From contig NW_003314263.1 in NCBI RefSeq assembly GCF_000143415.4, positions 3,668,451 to 3,732,450 on the forward strand: a stretch of 64,000 nt of DNA, written 5' to 3'. Below the pieces are notes generated by a model. The model saw only the letters and a list, made by a program, of their open reading frames with translations, ran no database searches and was not told the DNA's origin. A program made the translations under genes and the position numbers. The stretch comes from Selaginella moellendorffii. Taxonomy: Eukaryota; Plantae; Lycopodiophyta. Positions within the stretch are counted from its first letter, which is position 1, and each line of letters opens with the position of its first letter. Below are positions 46,147-58,383 of the stretch, in pieces.

Positions 46147-47178
46147 TTAACTTTGTTTGACTTCCTTGATCTGAGAGATTGTGTTTTTGGTCACCAAGTT
46201 CCATGCGGGCATAGTGACAAGGAAAAGCTTCGCTTCCTCCAAAGACTTGGCATGCCCAATCGCTGCCAACAAGGCATTCCAAGTCACTATGCTCCGCTCG
46301 GGCATCTCCACAAACAAGTCTTGTGCAATCTCAAGCCGCTCGGATTGAGCATATGAAACGACGAGCACAGTCCACGGCACAAGATTCCATGCTGGCATCT
46401 TGTCAAAGTAGCTCTTTGCCTTGTCTAGAAGACGATTCTCGGCATATCCCTGGAGCAATGCCGTCCATGAGAAGACGTTCCTCTCCGGCATATTCTCGAA
46501 CAAGGCACACGCCTCTCTGTCATTGCCCCTCGCGGCAAATGCCGAAACCATTGCAGTAGCTGATATAGTGTCATGCTGGGGCATCTTTCGAAACAATCCT
46601 CGAGATGCTAAGATACCTCCGAGTCTTGCATATCCAGCAAGCATTGATGTCCATGCAATTGCATTGCGAGGTGACATAGAATCAAACATATGCTTCGCGC
46701 TACACATATACCCGCTTTGAGCATATGCTGTAAGCATTGTCGTCCACGAAACAATGTTGGGATTTGGAATCGAATCAAAAAGAATCTTTGCCTCGTCTAC
46801 ATGCCCGTGTTGTGCGTACGCTGCAAGCATTGTATTCCATGCAACAGTATCCCGATCGGGCATCTCGTCAAAGATAAGCTTAGCATCTTGCAGATACCCG
46901 TTTTGGGTATATGCAGTCATCATAACAGCCCACGAGAAAACGTTCTTAGCGTCGATGGCGTCAAACACTCGCTTGGCATCATTTGGGCTACCGCATTTGC
47001 CATACATCTGGACGAGCAAATTGGCCAGGAAGACGTTCTCTCTGTATTCCTTTTGATCTGAAATAATCTGGCTGTGTATCCAGCGACCCTTTGCCAAGTC
47101 CTTGGATTTGGCACAGTGGCGAATCACGGTTGCGAAGTCTTCAATGGCGTGGCTGGCTGTTCTCTTGAGAGCACTCAT
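46147..47178 (-). CDS. Short PPR protein (343 aa, mostly ~31-aa S-type repeats, no E/DYW)
   Basis: Tandem FDxMPxRxxxxWxxMLxxYAQxG repeats in an open frame. The C-terminus stops abruptly, so it may be non-functional. Confidence 0.75.
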   Translation of the reverse strand: MSALKRTASHAIEDFATVIRHCAKSKDLAKGRWIHSQIISDQKEYRENVFLANLLVQMYGKCGSPNDAKRVFDAIDAKNVFSWAVMMTAYTQNGYLQDAKLIFDEMPDRDTVAWNTMLAAYAQHGHVDEAKILFDSIPNPNIVSWTTMLTAYAQSGYMCSAKHMFDSMSPRNAIAWTSMLAGYARLGGILASRGLFRKMPQHDTISATAMVSAFAARGNDREACALFENMPERNVFSWTALLQGYAENRLLDKAKSYFDKMPAWNLVPWTVLVVSYAQSERLEIAQDLFVEMPERSIVTWNALLAAIGHAKSLEEAKLFLVTMPAWNLVTKNTISQIKEVKQS

Positions 47179-48070
47179 TAGAACGGCATTCTACACTACT
47201 AGTTTTATAAAAGACTTATTCTCTTTTGCCCTCTTGGATAAATAAATTGATCATAGCTCACGATACTGAAGTAATGTGTTATTATTGCTGCGTTGAAAGA
47301 TGCAATCATCCCTGGATATAATTCGTAAACCACACACATTATGTGGGGCTGGTCTTTTTGTGCTCGTAGTCTCAAGCCGCTGGATGCCGCAAAATTCGTA
47401 GGAGTGGATCTAGTCAGTTTCTATTTCTCTTGAGCTCTGCTGTTGAGGGTCATGAGATTTCTGGCGATTCGCGCTGAACACCTGCGCTATGATAGTAAAT
47501 TATTGTTATTCGATGCGCCTCAGGCACCAGGAGGAGACAAAACTTTACTCCACCATTGTGCTCCATGCCATGGTCGGGAATCTTCAAAAATACTTGGTTG
47601 TGGGTTGAGAAATTCTCTTGAATCCACATTCATGCGACAAGAGGAAACTTATAAAGCACTTGGAAACTTCTAATATATGGTTAGAAGAAAACATTGAGAA
47701 GCATAGCATAGAAGCTATGGCAATGCCACGGCCTACTTGTACGAGGAAGAAAAAAGGCGCGGCGAATGCAATCAAGCACGAGAGCTGGCTGTAAAGACGG
47801 ATGCTTGGAATCGTTGCTTTCAAATACAATAGATAAAGACTGCTTCATGAAAGCAAGCTGTATGCCTTAGAAAAGCAAAAGCTATACACATTCCAGATAC
47901 CAAAAGCATGTAACACATGAGAGATACTCTACATAGCATGAAATTGAGTGGGTTGACACTTTTTAGTTACTTTCATTTTAATCAGTTTCTCTTTTTCTTG
48001 AGCTCTATCTATATCCAAATTTTGTGGCATTCAACAAAGAATACACAGTAATTATATAAACATGCATGAT

Positions 48071-49975
48071 TTAAGCTGGTACAGTTACCTCTTCTTTTCT
48101 TTCCACGTAGCGCATGCGAACGTACACACCGAAAGTTACTGTGGCAAACACAAAGATTGCAAACGAGCACGCTGCAAAGAAGATAATCCAAGATGGAGTG
48201 ACTTGAACTGTTGAAGTTGTAGTCACCAATAACGAGATCCCAGGAAAGAGGATCTCGTCGAGCTGCTGGAGTAGTGTCTTTGAGGTGGCAAGCCGGACTT
48301 CCCACAGCTTTCAATCTGACAAACACGTTAAACATGTTCCACACGATCACACCCAAGAGTAGAAAACCCCGAATTCCCGTCTTAAACAGTGGAAGTCCTA
48401 TTGTCGCTTGCACAACTCTGGTGAAATTGCCTGTGCGCTTCAAGATCAGCGCCTCTGGTGAAATTGCCTGTGCGCTTCAAGATCAGCGCCTCCACCTTTT
48501 GCAAATCCCTGTTGAACATCCCCCAGATTGTCACAAGGATGGTCACCACTGCTGTGACAATCCTAACACTTATGTCTGATCTCTGCGACCAAGTGCTCTC
48601 CCATTCCTTCTTCATGAACCTATGTACGTCCGTTAGAGACTCCCTCAAGTGGTTCTGCAGATTTTGCATCTTTAGATCCTGCAAGCTTACTGTGCACAGC
48701 TTGTCCGCCAGCTTTGACTGGCCTTCGTCCATGCCACACAAGTAGTTGTCGTTAACATGGTTATCGAAGGTGTCCATGAGATCTTCCAGCGATGCCCGAA
48801 TTTCTAATGGGATCTCAATGACAGGGCCCACGGCAACAATTGGACTTTTCCAGCACTCCTGCAGATCTGAGTCTAGTGTGCCATCGCTCGGATCCTTCTT
48901 CTGGATCGTGTCCTCGGTGCAAGAAACGAAATCTTTGAGTATTTGGTTGGGACCACGGATTGCCTCCTCGAAGTTTGTGCTGAAATTCACGTCGAGTTGT
49001 ATCGATGTGTTCCGTCTCGGGCTGTAAGAGTACAACCTGGTTCTTTTCTCTTCCAAAGGATAGTCGTAATCGCAAAACGAATTGCCCTGGCCACACCCGG
49101 AGGCATTTAGTTTCAGAGGAAGAATCCCATCCTCATTCGAAGCTGTGCCAGTGATGTTCCGACCCACAAGGCAAAGGATACCATCGCAAGCGCACTGTAA
49201 GCTTGGAAAACCAATGTAAGAAACCACGTCCGGGGTGATGAGGATCGGGGAGGCCATGTTGCAAACCTGGCCTTCGTAGACGTAGTTCTTGATTCCTTTG
49301 CCAAAGCTTTTGAGATTCAATCCAGCTAGCGTTGCTCATAAAGTTTGTCAAATACACCGCACTATTGTCCAGATACAAATCGCTGCTCTCCACGCCATAT
49401 GTATTCTCTGAAGCCATCTTATACGGAACGCCAACCAAGAGCACTGCATATGATCCAGGAGCGGTCTGGACGATCGGCGTTGTGGAAAGACACGAATCCA
49501 AACAAATTTTTACACTCATCCCCCAGTAGACTGTCGTTTTCCACACCAGAGTCCTGCTTCTCTTGACAAACTCTCCTCCAAGAATGTGGGGATCTGGCGA
49601 GCTATACAAGGAGCTCTCATTTGTAGAGGTGGTATTGCCCTTAACACGCCAGATGCTTGCCCTCTGGTATGCAAGCGTTCCCCTCTGGGAGATGTTAAGA
49701 TCATCCGGGAGTGAGGAATCAGAGATCCACTGGTAGAATGGATCGGAGCTTGTGGCAAAGACGGTGGCTTCCCAGCACGTAGAGCACTTGTCCTCCTTGA
49801 CGATATCCAGGTAGTAATCCCCTGGAGGTGGTTTGGTCATCTCTGGAACGGCGAAGATGGCAGTGACCACAAGTGTCGCCACGAAAGTTGCAAAAGCGAT
49901 GCCAATCACAAGCGCTCCAGTGAGTTTCTCCCTTGGATTCAACATCAGTTTAGGTGCGCTTTGTGACTCCGCCAT
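48071..49975 (-). pseudogene. 4TM family pseudogene (cassette 1)
   Basis: Homologous to 54169-56103. It is split by an 8-bp deletion at ~49326, a 37-bp tandem duplication at 48418-48491 and further indels near 48240-48300. Confidence 0.88.
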
Positions 49976-50429
49976 AGCTCCAAACTTCTCTGCTTAAACA
50001 AATTATGCGGTGCATACTTGTTGGATTTGGAATAGAAGTTTATATAGAAAGGTTACTAACTTTTTTGTAAGTGGTGAATAAAGTGATTATTCCCTTTGCA
50101 TAGTGGCAGTACGTGAAAATTCTTTGTATGAACGTTGATTGATTGATTGAATTGATTGGCAACAACAACGAACGACGATGGAAAATTATGCCTATTCTAC
50201 ATGATCTTTCCCCTCCTGTAATAACAATAAGTATTGCTGTGATCTTATATAAAACTTGGTACAAATACTGTAAACATCTTATTAATGAACATAAAGGTAC
50301 TACTATAAAACATATAATGGATCAATTCTGGTCGTCGTCGCGGACGTGCACGAATGTGCTCCCTCTGTTCCCTCCCTATGAGGTATTTCTCACCATATTT
50401 ATTTAAAGCTAGCTAAAAAATATAAATTC

Positions 50430-51231
50430 TAGCGTTCCATCCCGAGCACATTTCCCTCCCGCCGAGAGATCCAAGGTCCCAGTCCGTGGATTCCTACGGT
50501 CGCAGCCTCCAGTTTAGCGTTGCGTCTGGAAACCTCTTGAGCTGGAGAGTCCCTGCCGAGTGTGTTCCCTACGTCCGGAGCTACACCACCGGGCCACAGT
50601 ACCAAGCCGACGTCCAAGCTGCAACGAGCTTGGCACTCCAGCAAGCCCAGACTTTCTGCGCCAGGCCGGCATTGATGCGTGGCTGTTTGATGTCGATGGT
50701 ACTCTGCTCTCAACCACGCCTTACTTTGCTACAAAGCAGTTCGGGTAACGTCTGGATCTATCTCTTCCTTCCCTGTTGAAAGTTAAAATTTTGCAGAGCT
50801 GGGAGCTACCACGACACTGACTTTAACTTGTGGGCCGCCAGAGGCGTCGGCCCGGCGATCGCTCCAGTGAGGACGCTTCTCAGAACGAACTGGACAGTGT
50901 TCCTCGTGTCCACACGCCCATAGTCACTGCGGCGTGCGACTGTGAGGAACTTACTCCGGGCGGGCTACAGAGGCTGGAAGAGGCTCTTCATGAGGTTTGT
51001 GAGCTTCAGATAACGATGGCTAGCCTGTCATGACGCCAAATGCTACTCTTGCTAGACGACCACTCTTCCAGACTCAAGACGAGAACCTTGTTGGAAAAAA
51101 GAAAGCAAACAAACTGTCCAGGGGTTTGGCCTGGGTATGACACCAAGGGAGCAACGAGCAACAAGAAAGACACAGGTGGTGACAAGAGCATTCCACAGTC
51201 TCAGGTGCCTGATCTCTCGGGTAACAAATAA
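50430..51231 (+). pseudogene. HAD-IIIB acid phosphatase pseudogene (5'-truncated, frameshifted)
   Basis: Lacks the signal-peptide start, has a 1-bp deletion at ~50666 before DAWLFDVDGT, and has deletions in exons 2 and 3. Confidence 0.85.
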
Positions 51232-52309
51232 AACTCAAGCAATACAATGCAAGAAACATACCTCAATAATAATGCAGATTTGGATTGTTAGAAAAAGAGT
51301 AATAATTGAAACTAGTACCTCTTTCTTTCACCACGATCACCACGATGGACACAGATATAGTTTTATCCGTTTACATGTTGGCTTTCACGTTGAATTTCGT
51401 TGCAATCTTCTGACCAAGCATACGATCCGCCTGCACACTTTCATGGTTGAGTTTGATCACATGTTGTATTTTCTTTATTGTCTAACCTGAGACCAGTAAG
51501 AGAGCCAGATGCTACGGATTTCGTGGGTGACGCGCGGGTCGGACAGAGCATCCACAACTCTCGCAATGAAACGCTCTTGCCTGGAAATGGAGCAGAGATT
51601 CAGTTAAAACATGACTAGCTGAGAGAGAGGTTTGAGATCTTGCCTGTCAGCAGGCCAGGAGCGGAACATTGCTCCTGGCTGAGCAAAGTTATTTTCCTTT
51701 TCAATCATCACCTACAAGAGAAAAACATTATTGCCAAAGCATAAAATGAGAAGCTGAAACTTAGACTAGCCAAACCTTTTATCGTCGACCACCGAGAGGG
51801 TGAGAAGGAATAGGCACTCGCTCAGCGTGACGGCAAGGATCAAAATGCGAAGGGGTTAGTTCACCTGCAAACACAGAATATAGAACGTAAAAGCAAGAGC
51901 GTTGCTTGTCATACCTCTTCGTCCCTGTGGGTGAAGTTCATGAATCCCTCGTGATGGTTGTTGTGATGAGCACACTTGGGAGCGTTCGCAGGAAGCAGCA
52001 AATAGTTCGACCTCAGCCTGTGCACAGCGTACAAGAAGTCTGTAGCAGTTTATCATTGCAATAACACCACCAAAGCAGTGGTTGCTCGTTCTCCAGAAAC
52101 AACTCAATGTTCTTAGACCACGGGAAGAGATCCTGGTATAACATCGAAGTTGTAGTTGTTCTCGCTCTTCATTTCCATGGTCTTTCCCTTCTGCAATAGA
52201 GTCTTGTGCATCCTGCGTTGCATAGCTGTGGTTCGATGCACCAACGATGACGCCTCCTCTTCCAGCAAGCTTGACAGAAGCATTAGCCAAGTCAACTAGT
52301 GGTATCACT

Positions 52310-53090
52310 TTATTTGACTTCCTTGATCTGAGAGATTGTGTTTTTGGTCACCAAGTTCCATGCGGGCATAGTGACAAGGAAAAGCTTCGCCTCCTCCAAA
52401 GACTTGGCATGCCCAATCGCTGCCAACAAGGCATTCCAAGTCACTATGCTCCACTCGGGCATCTCAACAAACAAGTCTTGTGCAATCTCAAGCCGCTCGC
52501 ATTGAGCATATGAAACGACGAGCACAGTCCACGACACAAGATTCCATGCTGGCATATTGTCAAAGTAGCTCTTTGCCTTGTCTAGAAGACCATTCTCGGC
52601 ATATCCCTGGAGCAATGCCGTCCAATAGAAGACATTCCTCTCCGGCATATTCTCGAACACGCCTCTCTGTCATTGCCCCCTCGCGGCAAATGCCGAAACC
52701 ATTGCAGTAGCTGCATGGACGTCAATGCTTGCTGGATACGCAAGACTCGGAGGTGTCTTAGCCTCTTGAGGATTCTTTCGAAAGATGCCCCAGCATGACA
52801 CTCTATCACAATTGCATTGCGAGGTGACATAGAATAAAACCCACGAAACAATGTTGGGATTTGGAATCGAATCAAACAGAATCTTTGCCTCCTCTACATG
52901 GCCGTGTTGTGCGTACGCTCCAAGCATTGTATTCCACGCAACGGTATCCCGATCGGGCATCTCGTCAAACATAAGCTTAGCATCTTGCGGATACCCGTTT
53001 TGGGCATATGCAGTCATCATAACTGCCCACGAGAAAACGTTCTTGGTGTCGATGGCGTCAAACACTCGCTTGGCATCATTTGGGCTACCG
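52310..53090 (-). pseudogene. PPR pseudogene (cassette 2) with internal micro-inversion and replaced 5' end
   Basis: Paralog of 46147-47178. 52712-52808 is inverted, there are deletions, and the N-terminus is replaced by foreign sequence at 53091-53228. Confidence 0.88.
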
Positions 53091-54168
53091 CTACAGCGAG
53101 CGCCAGTTCCAGAACCTGCTCCTGGCTGCCTACGCCCAGCACCTGACGGTGAGCATATATGTGGCGCCCTCAGAGCGTGCTAAGATGGAATAAACTGGCG
53201 TCGCTCCACTCGCTGCTCCACTCGCCCGCTCATTAGAACGGCATTCTACACTACTAGTTTTATAAAAGACTTATTCTCTTTTGCCCTCTTGGATACAAAA
53301 AAATTGATCATAGGTCACGATACTGAAGTAAGTTTTACAAATGCATTTCAAAATTTATTTCATAAAACTATTTGATTAATGTGCTATTGCTGCGTTGAAA
53401 GACGCAATCATCCCTTGACCCGCAAGAGCAGAGCTCAAGAGAAATAGAAAGTAGATCCACTCCTACGAATTTTGCGGCGAACAGCTTGAAACTATGAGCA
53501 CAAAAAGACCAGCCCCTGAGATTTTTTGGCGATTCGCACTACAACTGAACACCTGCACTGTATTGCTATGATAGTAAATTATTGTTATTCGGATGGGGCT
53601 GATATAAGAGCACCAGTGTGCCATGTCATGGTCGGGAATCTTCAAAAACACCCGGTGGTGCTGCAATCAAGCACGAGAGCTGGCTGTATGCAACCTCTAT
53701 TCCACGGATGCTTGGAATCGTTGCTTTCAAGTACAATAGATAAAGACTGCTTCATGAAAGCAAACTGTATGCCTTAGACAAGCAAAAGCTATACACATTC
53801 CAGATACCAAAAGCAGATACTCTACATAGCACGGCCACGGCCTACCTCTACGAGGAAGAAAAAGGCACGGCAGAGCTGGCTGTAAGTAACTTATATTCCA
53901 AAGACGGATGCTTGGAATCATTGCTTTCAAATACAATAGATAAAGGCTGCATCATGGAAGCAAGCTGTATGCCTTAGAAAAGCAAAAGCTATACAAATTC
54001 CAGATACCAAAAACATGTGACACATGAGAGATAGCATGAAATTGAGTGGATTGCCACTTTTTAGTTACTTTCACTTTAATCAGTTTCTCTTTTTCTTGAG
54101 CTCTATCTATATCCAATTTTTGTGGCACTCATCAAACAATACATATTAATTGTATAAACTTGCATGAT

Positions 54169-56103
54169 TTAAGCTGGTGCAATTACTTCTTCTTTTCTTT
54201 CCACGTAGCGCATGCGAACGTACACACCGAAAGTTACTGTGGCAAACACAAAGATTGCAAACGAGCACGCTGCAAAGAAGATAATCCAAGATGGAGTGAC
54301 TTGAACTGTTGAAGTTGTAGTCACCAAGAACGAGATCCCGTCGAGCTGCTGGAGTAGTGTTTTTGAGGTGGCAAGCCGGGGCTCACTTCCCACAGCATTC
54401 AAGCTGACAAACACGTTAAACATGTTCCACACGATCACACCCAAGAGCAGAAAACCCCGAATTCCCGTCTTAAACAGTGGAAGTCCTATTGTCGCTTCCA
54501 CAACCCTGGTGAATTTGCCTGCGCGCTTCAAGATCAACGCCTCCACCTCTTGCAAATCCCTGTTGAACATCCCCCAGATGGTCACAAGGATGGTCACCAC
54601 TGCTGTGACAATCCCGACAGTTATGTCTGATCTCTGCGACGAAGTGCTCTCCCATTCCTTCTTCACGAACCTATGCACGTCCGCCACCTTTAGAGACTCC
54701 CTCAAGCGCTTCTCCAGCTTTTGCATCTCGTTTGAGCTCTTTAGATCCTGCAAGCTTACCGTGCACAGCTTGTCCGCCAGTTTTGACTGGCCTTCGTCCA
54801 TGCCACACAAGAAGTTGTCGTCCTTGTCACTTGGAACCTTGTAATTGAAGGTGTCCATGAGACCTTCCAGCGAGACCCGAGATCGGTATCTTCTCACAGC
54901 GACTCTTCTGTTAAAGGCAGGGCTCACGGCAACAATTGGACTTTTCAAGCACTTCTGCAGATCTGACACTAGTGTGTCATCGCTCGGAGCCTTCTTCTGG
55001 ATCGTGTCCTCAGTGCAAGAAACAAAGTATTTGAGTATCTGGTTGGGACCAAAGATTACCACATCGAATGTTGTGCTGAAATTCACCTGGAGTAGTATCG
55101 ATGTCTCCCGACTCGGGCTGTAAGAGTAGAAGATGGCTCTATTCTCTTCCAAAGGATACCTATCGTAATCCCAAAACGAATTGCCCTGGCCACACCCGGA
55201 GGCATTTAGTTTCAGAGGAAAAATATCATCCTCATTCGAAGCTGTGCCAGTGATGTTCAGACCCACAAGGCAAAGGTTACCATCGCAAGCGCACTGGAAG
55301 CTTGGAAAACCCATGTAAGAAACCACGTCCGGGGTGACGAGGATCGGGGAGGCCCTGTTGCAAACCTGGCCTTCGTAGACGTAGTTCTTGATTCCTTTGC
55401 CAGAGCTTTTGAGCTTCAATCCAGCACCGGTTCTAGCGTTGCTCACAAAGTTTGTCAAATACACCGCACTATTGTCCAGATACAAAGCGCTGCTCTCCAC
55501 GGCATATGGTTCCTGTGAAGCCTTCCGATACGGAACGCCAACCAAGAGCGCTGCATATGATCCAGGAGCGGTCTGGACGATCGGGGTTGTGTAAAGACAC
55601 GAATCATCCTTGGATCCTGGCAAGGTGAAACAAGTTCTTACACTCATCCCCCAGTAGACTGTCATCTTCCACACCAGAGTCCTGCTTCTCTTGACAAGCT
55701 CTCCTCCAAGAATGCGGGGATCTGGCGAGCTATACAAAGAGCTCTCATTTGTAGAGGTGATATTGCCCGAAACACGCCAGATGCTGGCCCTCTGGTATGC
55801 AAGCGTTCCCCTCTGGGAGACGTCAAGAGCATCCGGGAGTGAGGAATCAGAGACCCACTGATAGAATGGATCAGAGCTTGTGGCAAAGACGGTGGCTTCC
55901 CAGCAAGTAGAGCACATGTCCTCCTTGACGATATCCGGGTAGTAATCCCCTGGAGGTGGCTTGCTCATCTCTGGAACCGCGAATATGGCAGTGACCACAA
56001 GTGTCGCCACGAAAGTTGCAAATGCGATGCCAATCACAAGCGCTCCAGTGAGTTTCTCCCTTGGATTCAACATCAGTTTAGCTGCGCCTTGTGACTCTGC
56101 CAT
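54169..56103 (-). CDS. Uncharacterised intronless 4TM protein with large Cys-rich extracellular loop (644 aa)
   Basis: Intact ORF. TM1 LVIGIAFATFVATLVVTAIFAV; several N-x-S/T sequons (NIT, NES, NAS, NFS); TM2-4 ITVGIVTAVVTILVTIWGMF, GFLLLGVIVWNMFNVFVSL and WIIFFAACSFAIFVFATVTFGVYV. Confidence 0.88.
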   Translation of the reverse strand: MAESQGAAKLMLNPREKLTGALVIGIAFATFVATLVVTAIFAVPEMSKPPPGDYYPDIVKEDMCSTCWEATVFATSSDPFYQWVSDSSLPDALDVSQRGTLAYQRASIWRVSGNITSTNESSLYSSPDPRILGGELVKRSRTLVWKMTVYWGMSVRTCFTLPGSKDDSCLYTTPIVQTAPGSYAALLVGVPYRKASQEPYAVESSALYLDNSAVYLTNFVSNARTGAGLKLKSSGKGIKNYVYEGQVCNRASPILVTPDVVSYMGFPSFQCACDGNLCLVGLNITGTASNEDDIFPLKLNASGCGQGNSFWDYDRYPLEENRAIFYSYSPSRETSILLQVNFSTTFDVVIFGPNQILKYFVSCTEDTIQKKAPSDDTLVSDLQKCLKSPIVAVSPAFNRRVAVRRYRSRVSLEGLMDTFNYKVPSDKDDNFLCGMDEGQSKLADKLCTVSLQDLKSSNEMQKLEKRLRESLKVADVHRFVKKEWESTSSQRSDITVGIVTAVVTILVTIWGMFNRDLQEVEALILKRAGKFTRVVEATIGLPLFKTGIRGFLLLGVIVWNMFNVFVSLNAVGSEPRLATSKTLLQQLDGISFLVTTTSTVQVTPSWIIFFAACSFAIFVFATVTFGVYVRMRYVERKEEVIAPA

Positions 56104-56378
56104 AGCTCCAATCTTCTCTGCTCAAACAGATTATGCGGTGGATATTCGTTGCATTGAAATAAAAGTTCAAATGGAAAGTTTACTTTAATATATCTTGTAA
56201 GTAAATGGCGAATAAAGCGATTATTCCCTTTGCATAATGATAGTACCTGAAAATTCTTTTGAACATGGCAGCGCAGAATGTAGTAGTCCCTTTATATTGA
56301 TTAATACAAAGCTTATATCATGCTTTTTAATAACAACGCCTATTAAGTCGTCCATCTCGAGAAACTTTCATAGTCACA

Positions 56379-57299
56379 ATGGTTTCTCTTCTTCCTATTG
56401 CTCGTCTTCTTCTTGTTCTTCTTCTTTCATCTCTTGATCTTACCTTCTCAATCGAGCTCGCTGGTGTGCTAAATCCCGAGGACATTTCCCTCCCGCCGAG
56501 AGATCCAAGGTCCCAGTCTGTGGATTCCTATTGTCGCAGCTTCCAGTTTAGCGTTGCGTCTGGAAACCTCTTGAGCTGGAGAGTCCCTGCCGAGTGTGTT
56601 CCATACGTCCGGAGCTACACCACCGGGCCACAGTACCAAGCCGACGTCCAAGCTGCAACGAGCTTGGCACTCCAGCAAGCCCAGACTTTCTGCGCCAGGC
56701 CCGGCATTGATGCGTGGCTGTTTGATGTCGATGGTACTCTCCTCTCAACCACGCCTTACTTTGCTACAAAGCAGTTCGGGTAACGTCTGGATCTATCTCT
56801 TCCTCCCCCTGTTGAAAGTTAATACTTTGCAGAGCTGGGAGCTACAACGACACTGACTTTAACTTGTGGGCCGCCAGAGGCGTCGCCCCGGCGATCGTTC
56901 CAGTGAGGACCTTCTACCGGACGCTTCTCAGGACAAACTGGACAGTGTTCCTCGTGTCCACTCGCCCAGAGTCACTGCGGCGTGCGACTGTGAGGAACTT
57001 ACTCCGGGCGGGCTACAGAGGCTGGAAGAGGCTCTTCATGAGGTTTGTGAGCTTTAGATAACGTTGGCTAGCCTGTCATGACACCAGATGCTACTCTTGC
57101 TAGACGACCACTCTTCCAGACCCAAGACGAGAACCTTGTTGAAATAAAGAAAGCAAACAAACTGTCCAGGGGCTCGGCCGAGAAATCGATGAAAGATGCT
57201 GGGTATGACACCAAGGGAGTAACGAGCAACAAGCAAGACACAGGTGGTGACAAGAGCATTCCACAGTCTCAGGTGCCTGATCTCTCGGGTAACAAATAA
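56379..57299 (+). CDS. Secreted HAD class IIIB acid phosphatase/VSP-like protein with non-homologous last exon
   Basis: Signal peptide; SYCRSFQFSVASGNL..W.VPAECVPYV..Y..GPQYQAD; motif I DAWLFDVDGTLLS. Exons 56379-56779, 56833-57042 and 57104-57299 (inferred splicing). Confidence 0.8.
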
Positions 57300-58383
57300 A
57301 ACTCAAGCAATACAATGCAAGAAACATACCTCAATAATAATGCAGATTTGGATTGTTAGAACAAGAGTAATAATTGAAACTAGTACCTCTTTATTTCACC
57401 ACGATCACCACGATGGACACAGATATAGTTTTATCCGTTTACATGTTGGCTTTCACGTTGAATTTCGTTGCAATCTTCTGACCAAGCGTACGATCCGCCT
57501 GCACACTTTCATGGTTGAGTTTGATCACATGCTGTATTTTCTTTATTGTCTAACCTGAGACCAATAAGAGAGCCAGATGCTACGGATTTCCTGGGTGACG
57601 CGCGGGTCGGACAGAGCATCCACAACTCTCGCAATGAAACGCTCTTGCCTGGAAGTGCAGCAGAGATTCAGTTAAAACATGATTAGCTGAGAGAGAGGTT
57701 TGAGATCTTGCCTATCAGCAGGCCCGGAGCGGAACCTTGCTCCTGGCTGAGCAAAGTTATTTTCCTTTTCAATCATTGCCAAAGCATAAAATGAGAGGCT
57801 GGAAGTTAGACTAGCCAAACCTTTTCTCGTCGACCACCGAGAGGGTGAGAAGGAATATGCACTCGCTCAGCGTGACGGCAAGGATCAAAACGCGAAGGGA
57901 AATAGTTCACCTGCAAACACAGAATATAGAACGTAAAAGCAAGAGCGTTGCTTGTCATACCTCTTCGTCCCTGTGGGTGAAGTTCATGAATCCCTCGTGA
58001 GATGAGCACACTTGGGAGCATTCGCAGGAAGCAGCAAATAGTTCGGCCTCAGCCTGTGCACAGCGTACAAGAAGTCTGTAGCAGTTTATCATTGCAATAA
58101 CACCACCAAAGCAGCGGTTGCTCGTTCTCCGGAAACAACTCAATGTTCTCAGACCGCGGGAAGAGATCCTGGTATAACATCGAAGTTGTAGTTGTTGTCG
58201 CTCTTCATTTCCATGGTCTTTCCCTTCTGCAATAGAGTGTTGTGAATCCTGCGTTGCATAGCTGTGGTTCGATCCACCAACGATGACGCCTCCTCTTCCA
58301 GCAAGCTTGACAGAAGCATTAGCCAAGTCAAGTAGTGGTTTCACTTTGTTTGACTTCCTTGATCTGAGAGATCGTGTTTTTAG

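Noticed and set aside
51856-52308. Minus-strand ORFs downstream of the cassette PPRs (also 57955-58344, 45596-45985)
   Set aside because: Non-ATG or inconsistent starts, differing ends among copies, and no recognisable domain.
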